Part shown: one piece after another, positions 29,871 through 40,203 of the stretch | Numbering within the stretch: the stretch's first letter is position 1 | How the letters are laid out: each line of letters begins with the position of its first letter | Source of the DNA: an uncultured virus (IMG/VR IMGVR_UViG_3300005253_000164) | Lineage: Duplodnaviria > Heunggongvirae > Uroviricota > Caudoviricetes | Direction: 5' to 3' (one strand) | DNA: 64,000 bases | IMG/VR virus record: IMGVR_UViG_3300005253_000164 | Translations under genes and position numbers: made by a program | The notes under the pieces: model-generated | Told to the model about the DNA's origin: nothing | Databases searched by the model: none | Seen by the model: the letters and a program-made list of their open reading frames with translations, nothing else

Positions 29871-31667
29871 ATGATAGATTATTTAAAGATGAAAATATAT
29901 GGGAAAATAATTTTCATACTGGCTTTATTATTATTTTGTTCATTATATTTATTCCCTCAAGATAATGAAATAATCGTAAGAGTTGGTTTTATGGATACAG
30001 GTATTGAGTATCCTCACACAGAAGTAATACACAAATCATTTGTGAGTAGAGAAAATTATTATCAAAACAATGAGAGAGAATATGATCTACATCTACATGG
30101 AACAACAAACTATGAACTATTCTATGATGCAATCAAAGAATTAGGAATTGAAAAAAACATACAAACTTATTCTGCAAAAGTGATGAACAAATGGGGCCAA
30201 GGATCTGGAATGGGATTAACAAAAGGAATGAATTGGTTAATTGATAATGAGGTAAACATAATCGGAATGCCTCTTGGAGCAGAGCCAGATGTAGAAAACG
30301 TACTTCCTAAACAAATAGATCAATATGTTTCTGAAAATAATGGAGTAGTAATTGCTGCTTCTGGGAATAGGGGATTTGAATCATATACAAATGGACAAGG
30401 GGATGTTCCAGCGATTTATCCCAATGTAATTGGGGTTGGTGCAATAACTGAACTTGGAGATATGGCATATTATACTTCAAGGGGAAAATCAACTTTAGAT
30501 AGTTATGCAGTTGAATTTGTTGAAGATGGAGAATCTGGTAATAGATTGAATCCAGGGACATCATTTGGAGTTCCTAGATTAATGGCAAAAGCAACTTATA
30601 TTCAAGTAAAAGCAATAGACATAATTGGTCGTTTATTATCAACAGATGAATTGGGGGCAATAATGGCAGAAAGTACAGAGGCTCCTTTTTCTAAAGAATT
30701 CGGTTGGGGTGTTGTTAACATAGAAAATGCTGTCGCGGTTCTGAATAATGGTGTCAGTATTAGAAAATGGCAATATGATCCCACAATTGAGTACACTAGG
30801 TTGGTGGGAGAGAATACGAGTGTAGGGGCATATTTCCGTCAATATATTACAGATGTATTTGATCGTGAACCTTCCATCATGATTTTAGTTAATACAACAA
30901 GTGAAGTTGAATTAAATGCAATGGATCCAGTAGGATTTAATTATAGAGTGATAGAAGAATCTGGTTGGCATTACTTACAATACTATGGAATAACAGAAAG
31001 AACCACATATTATTATTTTGATCAAACATATGAATTACCCACAACAATAATTGGATCTGGATACAAACTCTTGATCGATTTGAGTAATGTAAACACTCTG
31101 GGGTATGGTCGATATGGGGCATTCACTAGTTTTGAAGAAGGATTGAGATTACAAGGATTTGAAGTTGACTATATTCTTCCATTTACTGATTTTCCAACTA
31201 TCTACGAACCATTGGGTAGTAATTATGATGTAATTTATTATCCGTTCCAGAATACGATCTGGAATACAAATACAAATAATAGAAATGCAACTCTGAAAAT
31301 AGAAAGCTATGCTGAATATGATGATATTAGGAAACAAATCATTACTGTTGATAATCATACAGGTAATATTCTTAAATTATACAGATACGAATTAGATGAG
31401 ATTGACACATTCAATGATGAAACAGAATTAACAAGAACTTTTACTAATAATTTACCACAAATTCTGTTTAAAGGAGTGGGGCTAAACTTCACAGATGGCA
31501 TTCCTCTGGCTTGGAATGAGTTTGGTCATGCTTTACTATATTATTTTGAGGATAGTCAAAAATTAATTTATGGAAGCACTCATAGTCAATTAGATCCATA
31601 TGTGCAGGACACAAACACAATATTCAATAATTTAATGGCCTTTGTCAAATTAATAGGTTCGACCTAA
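29871..31667 (+). CDS. Secreted or membrane-anchored subtilisin-like (S8) serine protease
   Basis: FMDTG, LHGT, AASGN and PGTSFGVP catalytic motifs; N-terminal TM. Confidence 0.85.
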   Translation: MIDYLKMKIYGKIIFILALLLFCSLYLFPQDNEIIVRVGFMDTGIEYPHTEVIHKSFVSRENYYQNNEREYDLHLHGTTNYELFYDAIKELGIEKNIQTYSAKVMNKWGQGSGMGLTKGMNWLIDNEVNIIGMPLGAEPDVENVLPKQIDQYVSENNGVVIAASGNRGFESYTNGQGDVPAIYPNVIGVGAITELGDMAYYTSRGKSTLDSYAVEFVEDGESGNRLNPGTSFGVPRLMAKATYIQVKAIDIIGRLLSTDELGAIMAESTEAPFSKEFGWGVVNIENAVAVLNNGVSIRKWQYDPTIEYTRLVGENTSVGAYFRQYITDVFDREPSIMILVNTTSEVELNAMDPVGFNYRVIEESGWHYLQYYGITERTTYYYFDQTYELPTTIIGSGYKLLIDLSNVNTLGYGRYGAFTSFEEGLRLQGFEVDYILPFTDFPTIYEPLGSNYDVIYYPFQNTIWNTNTNNRNATLKIESYAEYDDIRKQIITVDNHTGNILKLYRYELDEIDTFNDETELTRTFTNNLPQILFKGVGLNFTDGIPLAWNEFGHALLYYFEDSQKLIYGSTHSQLDPYVQDTNTIFNNLMAFVKLIGST

Positions 31668-31756
31668 ATATTTGCAGATATGATAATGCATATTTAGCAG
31701 TTAATTCTAAACAAAACAATTACCTTAAAAATAATATTTCCTAAGTCCTGCTAAGG

Positions 31757-31775
31757 AAGAGTGAAGATCACTCTT
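31757..31775 (+). promoter_or_regulatory. 5'-UTR hairpin
   Basis: AAGAGTGA-aga-TCACTCTT, a perfect 8-bp stem just before the GAGGT RBS. Confidence 0.65.
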
Positions 31776-31792
31776 ACGAGGTTAATTATAAC

Positions 31793-33151
31793 ATGCAAAA
31801 AACTAAACTGACAGGCAGTCTTGTCATAGGTCTTTTCATATTCGGTCTTTTTATGGCACCAACCGTTAGTAGTGGTGAAGCCTTAGTAAATGCCGCAGAC
31901 GATAGGTCTTTGTTTAAGAGTGCTGACTTACTAGCTAAATATAGCTATAATGCAACAGATATTTCTGGCACAGGAGAGATGTCATTCGGTATGGGTGGCT
32001 TCAACATCCATACTACAAATGTTGATCGTGCTAACGAATCCATAGGCGACTTAGGTGTGTCAAAGGGTGCTACTGCTGATGGGCGACCATCAGACTTTAA
32101 TATCACAGGCGGAATTGGAATGAGTTCCTCACTGTATAATGATCTGGTTGATACTCCTAAAGGTTTTGAAACTGCTTCAAGACTAGGAACATCAAGAGAT
32201 ATTGGTCAAATGGAAGACACTCAGTTGTCCACATTTGGTGAAGATGGAGCGTTCCAATACTTCGGTTATGAATCACTCAAAATGGAAGAGATTGAAGCTG
32301 AAATCGGTCAAAGTTGGGATAATGATTGGGGTGTTGCAGATATTGATATTACTGCAATTTACCTAAGATACCAATTGGACCTTACCATTGCACAAGCAAT
32401 AGTAAATGATATTATCGGTCATGAGGATTATCAAGATTCAGAAACAACTGCAATGACTGAAACAGAACTTGCAAATGTTATTGAGGAAACCCTTCCAGAA
32501 CACCTTGGTGGTATACTGTTGGGTTACGCTAATCTAACAGAATTAAATGAGGCCAGTGGTAAATCTACATTTACTGCTACAACAGAGATTGCAGACACAT
32601 TCGATGACAGCAATGTCAACGATACTGACAACACGCTAACCTCATTCGAAACTGGAACCACTTTCATGACTCTTGCCCTAATCTCCTACTTAATGGAAAT
32701 TGGAGTAGAAACATTAGATGCCACTGCCGCACTATTAACTCCTGGTGACTTCATCGTTCTCGATAATGTAGGAAGAGGTAATTTTGTAGGTGCAAGATTA
32801 GTATACGGTGAAAACGGAGCAGAAGTTGAAGTCGCTCAAGACACCAGCTCAATTCTTGCAACAACTGCGAACCTTACAAGAGGTTATGTAGCAACCATTT
32901 TCAGTTGGTTTGGATATGAAGTTCCCCCAGATGTAATCCCTTGGATTCCATTATTCCTCTTATTCGTATTTATTAACTTATTTACGACATGGGCAATGGG
33001 TATGATTGTTAAAGATCATGCTAAAGGTTCATGGAGAAAGGGTAACATTGAAGCCTACTACGAGTGGGTTGGCAAGAAAGGATCCAACATGTTCACTCTC
33101 CTTATCAATTGGGGACTGCCAATCTGGATGCTAGCTGCATATTTCTTCTAG
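31793..33151 (+). CDS. Putative major envelope/surface glycoprotein
   Basis: Signal peptide, acidic ectodomain with sequons, two C-terminal TM segments; structured leader; visibly more C-ending codons than neighbours. Confidence 0.65.
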   Translation: MQKTKLTGSLVIGLFIFGLFMAPTVSSGEALVNAADDRSLFKSADLLAKYSYNATDISGTGEMSFGMGGFNIHTTNVDRANESIGDLGVSKGATADGRPSDFNITGGIGMSSSLYNDLVDTPKGFETASRLGTSRDIGQMEDTQLSTFGEDGAFQYFGYESLKMEEIEAEIGQSWDNDWGVADIDITAIYLRYQLDLTIAQAIVNDIIGHEDYQDSETTAMTETELANVIEETLPEHLGGILLGYANLTELNEASGKSTFTATTEIADTFDDSNVNDTDNTLTSFETGTTFMTLALISYLMEIGVETLDATAALLTPGDFIVLDNVGRGNFVGARLVYGENGAEVEVAQDTSSILATTANLTRGYVATIFSWFGYEVPPDVIPWIPLFLLFVFINLFTTWAMGMIVKDHAKGSWRKGNIEAYYEWVGKKGSNMFTLLINWGLPIWMLAAYFF

Positions 33152-33165
33152 GAGCGTAATTAAAG

Positions 33166-33489
33166 ATGGTTGAATTTCTTGATTGGCTTTCCTTGAATAC
33201 ATGGATTTTATGGACAGCAGGTGGATTATTAATCCTGCTGTTACTCCTCTGGAAAGGCAAAGTAATCGGTGAAAGATTATGGAGCATTGTATCAAACAAA
33301 AGCTTTGTAAAATTTCTCTTGATTTTTATCGGTGTTATAGTAATCCTTTCGGTAACTGTTATACCACTTGTTGGTCTTGCTAATCCCGATGCACCTCTTA
33401 TAAGCTCTATGGGCTTCCTTGATTGGTGGATGACAATGATTGGCATGGGCTATGCACAAATCTTAAGTTGGTTTTCTTCCAGCCCTTGA
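33166..33489 (+). CDS. Small hydrophobic membrane protein, paralog 1
   Basis: W-TAG, GLANPDA and F.D...G..Q shared with 33567. Confidence 0.7.
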   Translation: MVEFLDWLSLNTWILWTAGGLLILLLLLWKGKVIGERLWSIVSNKSFVKFLLIFIGVIVILSVTVIPLVGLANPDAPLISSMGFLDWWMTMIGMGYAQILSWFSSSP

Positions 33490-33566
33490 GAAACCGTCTC
33501 TAAATTATACTCACAAAAATCTAAACAAAACTCTTTATTTATAAAAACAAAAAACAATCTTAATCT

Positions 33567-33944
33567 ATGACAACAATCCAAGAATTCTTTGTTCTTTGGT
33601 ATACTGAATATGCATTTACCTTTTGGTTAACAGCAGGTATAGTCGTATTGCTTATTCCAATGTTATTTTGGGATTGGTATCGAGAACAAGTTGTCACATT
33701 CGCTGCAGAGCATGGTATAGCAATTTTAAAAGTAGGTGGGATTGGCTTAATTGTAGGTGCAGTACTTGCATTGCTGTTTTCATTAGGTATCGGGTTAATG
33801 CACCCAGATGCAGATTTTGTCTTAATGAAAGAAAACTTCTGGGACTTCCTTATTGATGTACTATCAATAGGATGGATCCAATTAACTGAAGTATGGTTTA
33901 TTGCGGCATGGGATTGGATTGTAGGATTATTTGGAGATGAATAA
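33567..33944 (+). CDS. Small hydrophobic membrane protein, paralog 2
   Basis: WLTAG, GLMHPDA, FWD...GWIQ. Confidence 0.7.
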   Translation: MTTIQEFFVLWYTEYAFTFWLTAGIVVLLIPMLFWDWYREQVVTFAAEHGIAILKVGGIGLIVGAVLALLFSLGIGLMHPDADFVLMKENFWDFLIDVLSIGWIQLTEVWFIAAWDWIVGLFGDE

Positions 33945-33946
33945 AA

Positions 33947-34864
33947 ATGAGTGTAGCTAAAATTAGTGCAACAGCAACATCAAAAGCAGGAACATATGCT
34001 ATAATCGGTTTCTTTTATGTTGCTAAATATGTGGCATTAGGAGTAATAATTATGGGTGTAATGATTGCAGTAGAATCTTGGTTGGCTAGCGATGTTGATC
34101 TGAGTTACTTCTGGAACCTTTATAATGTAATGATGGCTATGACTGCGATGGTGGCTTCCTTATTGAAAGGTATATGGTATGGTTTAGGATCCAATGATGT
34201 AGAGGCAGCATTTAATTGGACATTAACAGTTGCATCTGGTAAAGCAATGATCGGCCATTTAGCTGTATCAATACTGGATGTATTCTTTACTGCATTATTC
34301 GGATTTCTTAGAATAATGACCACTCTTTTTGGATTTTTCATGGATGACAGTGTTGTTGTAGTATCAAACTTGGGATTCAGACTTCCAGCCTCCTGTACTC
34401 CCGAAGGTTATCCAGATTGGGTATGGGGAGATGTAGTTTTTGTAAAGTGGTTATCTGATGGATTAAATACAGTATTTGATTTTAAATTATCAATCAATCA
34501 AGAAGTATGTGTTGGTGATCTAGTATTTGATTGGTTTGGAACGAACACATGTGCAACTTTCGCATGGGAATCGCCAACTGTGGGTGAATTAGTGCCAGAT
34601 TTCTACGCTACAGTACAAAGTTCATTGAACACATCATTTGTTCCAACATTTCTTTTTGATTGGTTAACTGGAGTATTTCAAGAAACTTTATCCTTTTTAT
34701 TTGGAGACTATTCTGGGAGAGATATATTTGGCCACCACTTCACTTTAGGATTCCAAAAATTAGAACATAATGCTGATGGATCTGCTATAACATCTGTTGG
34801 TTCTAAACCCTTTGAGACTTATATTTCAAGGAAAATGGCTCAAGGATTTGGGTGTCCAGCTTAA
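33947..34864 (+). CDS. Membrane protein with Cys-containing C-terminal domain
   Basis: Three N-terminal hydrophobic helices; four Cys. Confidence 0.7.
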   Translation: MSVAKISATATSKAGTYAIIGFFYVAKYVALGVIIMGVMIAVESWLASDVDLSYFWNLYNVMMAMTAMVASLLKGIWYGLGSNDVEAAFNWTLTVASGKAMIGHLAVSILDVFFTALFGFLRIMTTLFGFFMDDSVVVVSNLGFRLPASCTPEGYPDWVWGDVVFVKWLSDGLNTVFDFKLSINQEVCVGDLVFDWFGTNTCATFAWESPTVGELVPDFYATVQSSLNTSFVPTFLFDWLTGVFQETLSFLFGDYSGRDIFGHHFTLGFQKLEHNADGSAITSVGSKPFETYISRKMAQGFGCPA

Positions 34865-34880
34865 AGGAGAGAATTGAATT

Positions 34881-35327
34881 ATGGTAAAAAAATCATCTTG
34901 GCTTGAAAAATTAAATAAAATAATTTTTAGTAAAGAGACTTACAAAAAAATTGGTAAAATCATAGTCTTTTACTTTGCATTGATGGTAAGACCACATTTC
35001 CTTTGGTTTAAAAAACAATTAAAGATGGGTGATAAACCTATGAAACCTTTGCGAAAAATAGGACACTACTTCCTCTGGTTATTATTATTTTTTACATTCA
35101 CTATTTATCTTTACGTGGTATTTATTATCACAGCCTTGCTGATATTATTAATTACACAAATTTTGACAATTATTTCAATGCCTATTCTGATAGTAATCTC
35201 TGTTGTTATTATGTATAAATTCTACAAAATAATGTGGATGATTGGTGACAAGATTGATGATCAATTTATTGAAATGAGTGTAACATATAGAAAACATAAG
35301 AAAAAGCCTAGACGCTTACTGAAGTGA
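34881..35327 (+). CDS. Basic membrane protein
   Basis: Long hydrophobic hairpin flanked by Lys-rich ends. Confidence 0.7.
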   Translation: MVKKSSWLEKLNKIIFSKETYKKIGKIIVFYFALMVRPHFLWFKKQLKMGDKPMKPLRKIGHYFLWLLLFFTFTIYLYVVFIITALLILLITQILTIISMPILIVISVVIMYKFYKIMWMIGDKIDDQFIEMSVTYRKHKKKPRRLLK

Positions 35328-35331
35328 TTTT

Positions 35332-36321
35332 ATGGGTAGAAACAGTGGAAATAAAGAAAATTTTATATCGGTGATCCTTATTGGATTCGTGCTTGTCTTG
35401 ATGGCAATAGCATTCTTAGGACTTTGGAAGTTCAAAGGATTTATCGCAGAGGGAGAACTGTATAATGCATCTCTTCTGGGTTATGTTGGAGAAATATTAG
35501 CTGCACCACTTGCAAGATTTGTACATCTTTCAATGATCCCGATTATTATTGCTTTGTTAGCAGGGGTAATTGAGAAATTCCCTCTTGTTAGGAGAAAGAT
35601 GAAAAATAAGACTATTAGTCCTCTGAATCAATTACTTGCTACTTTTATTGCTTATACGATCCAGCTTGCACCTGCAGTTATAGGAATGAAAACAACAAAA
35701 GGAAACTTGATTTCACCAACTTGGTTGAGTGATCTGATTATGGTTCCTTGGGGATATGGTGCATTATCATTTGTATTCATAGCAAGCATGATTGTTGGTT
35801 TGCTCTATATTGTATTTGGGTTCTTTCTGGCAGAACAAAAAAAAGGAGAGGTAGATTATAAACCTCTGTTCTATTCAATTGGTATTATTTATCTATCAGT
35901 GATCTCATTCACAGGAGCAGGAAAGATGGTAGGCTTCTTAAGGGAATATGGGGTTACATCAATTGATGAATTTGTCCAGAGATACGATTTCATCTATTTA
36001 TTCTATGATGGTCCATTTACAAGGTATTCCAGACTTATTCTAATCCCCGCAATTGCTGGATCAATAGTCTTTATTTATACAGTTGTAATGAAAGATAAGA
36101 GTAAAATAAAAATTGCTCCAATCAGTAGGTTAAGTTTATTTGCATTTATAGTGATGCTACTTCAAATTGTTCCAGCAGTAGTAAATGGAACCAATCCGAC
36201 AGTCATTGTTGATGAAATAGTAAGTGAAGGTGGATATATTCTTCTCGCCCTGGCATACTTAGCAGGAATATTTATTGGTCTATATAGGTCGTTAACTGGA
36301 AATGTACTACATCAGAAATAA
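35332..36321 (+). CDS. Polytopic membrane protein (about 8 TM)
   Basis: Repeated hydrophobic segments; internal QLAPAV/QIVPAV repeat. Confidence 0.75.
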   Translation: MGRNSGNKENFISVILIGFVLVLMAIAFLGLWKFKGFIAEGELYNASLLGYVGEILAAPLARFVHLSMIPIIIALLAGVIEKFPLVRRKMKNKTISPLNQLLATFIAYTIQLAPAVIGMKTTKGNLISPTWLSDLIMVPWGYGALSFVFIASMIVGLLYIVFGFFLAEQKKGEVDYKPLFYSIGIIYLSVISFTGAGKMVGFLREYGVTSIDEFVQRYDFIYLFYDGPFTRYSRLILIPAIAGSIVFIYTVVMKDKSKIKIAPISRLSLFAFIVMLLQIVPAVVNGTNPTVIVDEIVSEGGYILLALAYLAGIFIGLYRSLTGNVLHQK

Positions 36322-36370
36322 AACATAAACAATTCTAAGAAGTTATATATTTAAAATTAAATTATATCTC

Positions 36371-36799
36371 ATGGCTATGAAAAAGTCACTACCAACAGGT
36401 CCATTACCCGCAGTTTTGTTAATATTCATAATTTTGGTTATTGATTACACTTACATTGCTTTTCTGGATCCAAGATGGGTTACCACAAATATAAGCATTG
36501 ATGTTATCGGAATTAATAAAGAACAGGCAGGATGGCAATTCATGTTTGGCTTCCTTTTTGGATTTATTGCAACCTTGATGATCGCTCTCTCACTTTTCTT
36601 GTTAGCAATTGTCTTTTCATTATTTTTGAAAAATGCTAAACACCCAAGTGCAAATAAGACCGACAGAATTTTCGCAATTTTATTGTATCTTACTATTCTA
36701 GTTTACTTTTTAATTGGGGCTTCAACAATACTAGGTTATTACGTCATAGGTGGTGTAGTAATCGCATTTGCGTTAATTTATTTCAAACTATTGAAGTGA
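36371..36799 (+). CDS. Membrane protein (3-4 TM)
   Basis: Hydrophobic segments; follows the duplicated 28-bp promoter. Confidence 0.7.
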   Translation: MAMKKSLPTGPLPAVLLIFIILVIDYTYIAFLDPRWVTTNISIDVIGINKEQAGWQFMFGFLFGFIATLMIALSLFLLAIVFSLFLKNAKHPSANKTDRIFAILLYLTILVYFLIGASTILGYYVIGGVVIAFALIYFKLLK

Positions 36800-36804
36800 T
36801 TTAA

Positions 36805-37332
36805 ATGGGTAAAAGAACTGCATATCAAATACGTGGGGGGATAGCTGTTAAAGCCAGATCCAGACACACAGTAGAATATGCAAAAAAGAATAAGAAAAGA
36901 ATTTACCTTGGTTTATTCATTTTTATTTTGATGATTTGTTTAATCTATTATCTCATTTCAAACATAACTCTAAATCCTAGGTTCGAATTATATATTGGAT
37001 ATATCAGACTACACTTGGCAAAAGTGTCTCCACTTGTTAGTATATTGGCTGCTATATCATTAGTACTACTCGCCTTTGGTGCAATCGGGACTCCCCCCCA
37101 TCCTGCAATATTTATTTTTGGATCTGGGATTACTCTTACTGCAATAATTCTGTTTTATTATGCAAATGATGTTTTAACAGGCAATATTGCCTTTCAAATC
37201 TTAGGTGTCGGATATTTAATTCTTGGTTTAACTTGGTTAGTTACAAGACGAGCCAAAGACAATATTGAAAGACATGGAATAATGATTTTGAGCGTATTAC
37301 TAGTAGTGAATTTTTTTGTTCTAAAAATATAA
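36805..37332 (+). CDS. Membrane protein (about 5 TM) with basic N-terminus
   Basis: Hydrophobic segments. Confidence 0.7.
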   Translation: MGKRTAYQIRGGIAVKARSRHTVEYAKKNKKRIYLGLFIFILMICLIYYLISNITLNPRFELYIGYIRLHLAKVSPLVSILAAISLVLLAFGAIGTPPHPAIFIFGSGITLTAIILFYYANDVLTGNIAFQILGVGYLILGLTWLVTRRAKDNIERHGIMILSVLLVVNFFVLKI

Positions 37333-37375
37333 ACAAAAACCGATATTTAAGAATGTAAATTGAATATGAACATAT

Positions 37376-38251
37376 ATGAAAAAATTCATTTTATTTTCTT
37401 TGTTAGCTTTATTATTTATAACATCTGTTTCTGGAGAACAACAATCACTACCAAAAACAGATATTATAAATTTAATAGTTGATGGTGGGACAACAGATAT
37501 ATCAGTTACAGTGGATGGTAATATGACACATGTTTGTCGTGCTATATTTGCATTAACATTTAATGATAACGCACTTGATGTTAATGCATATGGAAATGGT
37601 GCAAATGGAGTTCTTTCAACAGGTGTTGGAATGAAATATGATAATTATTTTCTGTTTGAAAAAAACATTACTAGAAATGGAGATTTCAGTCATTGGGCTT
37701 TTGATATAATCTATCAACAAGATGCAAAGAACCCAAAAGCCAATGTAATTACCTCTAGATTAAGTTTTAATAAATTCACAGAAGGTGGTGAATGTCTAGA
37801 TATTTCTGATGGTCGTGATCTGGAAATGACAATTGGTGACGACATGACTAATTCAACCTTTGCAGATGTTACAGAATTTTCAGTAACTTTTGAAGGATAC
37901 TTTGATCTGGGTTTAGGAGCAGGAGAGACACCTGTTTTGTTGGCAAATGTTGCAGGAGCAGTTTCTGGTCTTGGTGATTTTGCGATTGATATAAGTCCAG
38001 TCTTAATTATCTATTTCTTGGCTTATCCATTTTTATTATCCAAATATTATGATCCTAAAGATACAAAACGGAAAATCTTTGGAAAAGTAGCACTAATCGG
38101 GATCTTCTCATTGATCACTTCTTACATCTTCTTTGGATTGATTAGCTCATTCTTTACAAATCCAAATACTAGATTATTAATTTCGGCAGGAATATTTATG
38201 ATTGCAAATATTATTGGAACACTATTCTTTATGATGAAAAAAGGAAAATAA
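37376..38251 (+). CDS. Signal peptide plus beta-rich ectodomain plus 3 C-terminal TM
   Basis: MKKFILFSLL signal; C-terminal hydrophobic helices. Confidence 0.72.
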   Translation: MKKFILFSLLALLFITSVSGEQQSLPKTDIINLIVDGGTTDISVTVDGNMTHVCRAIFALTFNDNALDVNAYGNGANGVLSTGVGMKYDNYFLFEKNITRNGDFSHWAFDIIYQQDAKNPKANVITSRLSFNKFTEGGECLDISDGRDLEMTIGDDMTNSTFADVTEFSVTFEGYFDLGLGAGETPVLLANVAGAVSGLGDFAIDISPVLIIYFLAYPFLLSKYYDPKDTKRKIFGKVALIGIFSLITSYIFFGLISSFFTNPNTRLLISAGIFMIANIIGTLFFMMKKGK

Positions 38252-38347
38252 AAACATTTAAATTATCAGATTATTAATATGATTTTGTGAACAAATATTT
38301 TAGGTTTCGTGGGAAAGGTTATATTTTAGTAATTATAACAATAATAT

Positions 38348-38818
38348 ATGGTAGATGAAAAGGGTTTAAACGATATTACTTTGTGTCTTGGATGCACCCG
38401 AAAATTACATGATAAATTAGTAGGAGTAGCTAATTATTGCTGTCAGAATTGCACTTTAGATAATCCTTGTAAAAAACCAGAATGTGCTACTGTGGTATGC
38501 AAAAAACATGGAACACAAATGCATTTCCATCCAGAAGAAGGTTATGGATGCAATCAATGTGAGCGTGAAATGTGGGACAATGAGGCAAACCATATAATTA
38601 GGGGGTTTAAGTGTCCTGTTTGTCTTCGTTCTGTAAAAGTTGAGGAGTATGATGCTGGATATGTTGCTTTCCGCTGTGAATATGTTTTTGATACAGATGG
38701 TAATTTTGCGAAACCCCCATGTCCAGTATTCAGAGTGCAATTATGTGATGAGTGTAATCAAGCATCATGTGTTTGTCAAGAATATCCAGAACACCCAGAA
38801 CAAGAGAGTAGATTCTAA
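38348..38818 (+). CDS. Cys-rich multi-Zn-finger protein
   Basis: Many CxxC pairs; class-2 motif at 38283. Confidence 0.65.
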   Translation: MVDEKGLNDITLCLGCTRKLHDKLVGVANYCCQNCTLDNPCKKPECATVVCKKHGTQMHFHPEEGYGCNQCEREMWDNEANHIIRGFKCPVCLRSVKVEEYDAGYVAFRCEYVFDTDGNFAKPPCPVFRVQLCDECNQASCVCQEYPEHPEQESRF

Positions 38819-38819
38819 T

Positions 38820-39140
38820 ATGAAAACTACAAAACCTAGTTTGGAAGAAATCATACAGAATATTGAGCTTCAAGACAATTTTAAAATTTTTGAAGCAGTT
38901 ATTGGGATTTGTGGGGAAGTTGGAGAGTATGCCAACCTTGTTAAGAAAAAGTATAGAGACAATATAAATAATATGGCTGCCATGAAAGATGAAATTGCAG
39001 ATATTTTTATTTACACTGTCATTAATGCTTTGTTTTTCAATATTGATTTGCGTGAAGCAGTTATGGATAAATTGATGAAAAATGAATCTAAAAGAGGGGA
39101 AAAGAATTTCGAATATAAATTGAGGAGATTTGAGATTTGA
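38820..39140 (+). CDS. MazG-like nucleotide pyrophosphohydrolase
   Basis: GEVGEYANLVKK...DEIADIFIY...KLMKN..R. Confidence 0.8.
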   Translation: MKTTKPSLEEIIQNIELQDNFKIFEAVIGICGEVGEYANLVKKKYRDNINNMAAMKDEIADIFIYTVINALFFNIDLREAVMDKLMKNESKRGEKNFEYKLRRFEI

Positions 39141-39314
39141 GATTTAATAAATATGATTGTCATTTTTACATAAAAAGATTATATGTTGGTATTTATCTTG
39201 AAAGACAAATTGCTATAGGAATAAGCAAAATAAAACACGATAATTTATTAAGGATTTATATTCTTATGTTCAAAATAGTTCTTAGTATACATTCTAAGAA
39301 GGAGTAAAAAGAAT

Positions 39315-39560
39315 ATGAAAATTACAATATTTGAAATATGGTCTACTATAATATGTGCGATTGGATGTTTCCTTTTGTATTTTATATTTATATCCAGTCC
39401 ACCTTCTATTCTTTCTTCAATTATTACTGTCATGATTATTGTAATACTATTTGTTTTATGGTTTATTGTGTTTTTTATTATGGGGATGTATTATTCATTT
39501 TCAAATTCCGAACCAAAAGTTTATTTTAAATTTAAAGCTAAAGAAGAGGTTAATACATGA
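39315..39560 (+). CDS. Small 2-TM protein
   Basis: Hydrophobic; AAGGAG RBS; ATGA overlap with the methyltransferase. Confidence 0.55.
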   Translation: MKITIFEIWSTIICAIGCFLLYFIFISSPPSILSSIITVMIIVILFVLWFIVFFIMGMYYSFSNSEPKVYFKFKAKEEVNT

Positions 39561-40144
39561 CTTATGAAATAATTCTGGCAGATCCAGCTTGGAATTTTAA
39601 AACATGGAGTAAGAAAGGTGAAGGCCGCTCTCCAAAATATGATAAAATGAGTTTAGAAGCAATAAAAAATCTAAATGTAAAAAACGTAGCTGCAAAAAAT
39701 AGTATTCTTTTCTTATGGATCACCAACCCATTTTTAGAACACGCATTTGAAACAATGAGAAAATGGGGATTCAAATACAAAACAGTTGGCTTTACTTGGG
39801 CAAAATTATTGAAAAATCATGAAGAAAGAGACTTTCAAGACAAATGGAAGATGGGTAATGGATATTATACGAGGGCGAATCCAGAATTAGTATTAATCGG
39901 CACAAGAGGAAAAATATTAAAACGACTTGACAAATCTGTTCGTAATCTGGTTCTTGAACCGATTGGAGAACATTCAGAAAAGCCAGAAGAAGTTCAAAAT
40001 AGAATCGAACAATTATATGGTCTAGATTACAACATGTTAGAATTATTTGCCAGACGAAAAAGAAAACATTGGACTTGTATTGGATCTGATTTAGGCATGA
40101 CTGTAGAATCATTTTTAGATGATAACATAATAGAAAATAGATAA
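39557..40144 (+). CDS. MT-A70 family adenine methyltransferase
   Basis: ILADPAW, LFLW, WGFKY, GYYTRAN.E, HSEKP and LELFAR. Confidence 0.88.
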   Translation: MTYEIILADPAWNFKTWSKKGEGRSPKYDKMSLEAIKNLNVKNVAAKNSILFLWITNPFLEHAFETMRKWGFKYKTVGFTWAKLLKNHEERDFQDKWKMGNGYYTRANPELVLIGTRGKILKRLDKSVRNLVLEPIGEHSEKPEEVQNRIEQLYGLDYNMLELFARRKRKHWTCIGSDLGMTVESFLDDNIIENR

Positions 40145-40203
40145 ATGTTAAAAATTCACAAACAAACAACTATAATTAAATATAATATTTATAAAAACTA
40201 ATT

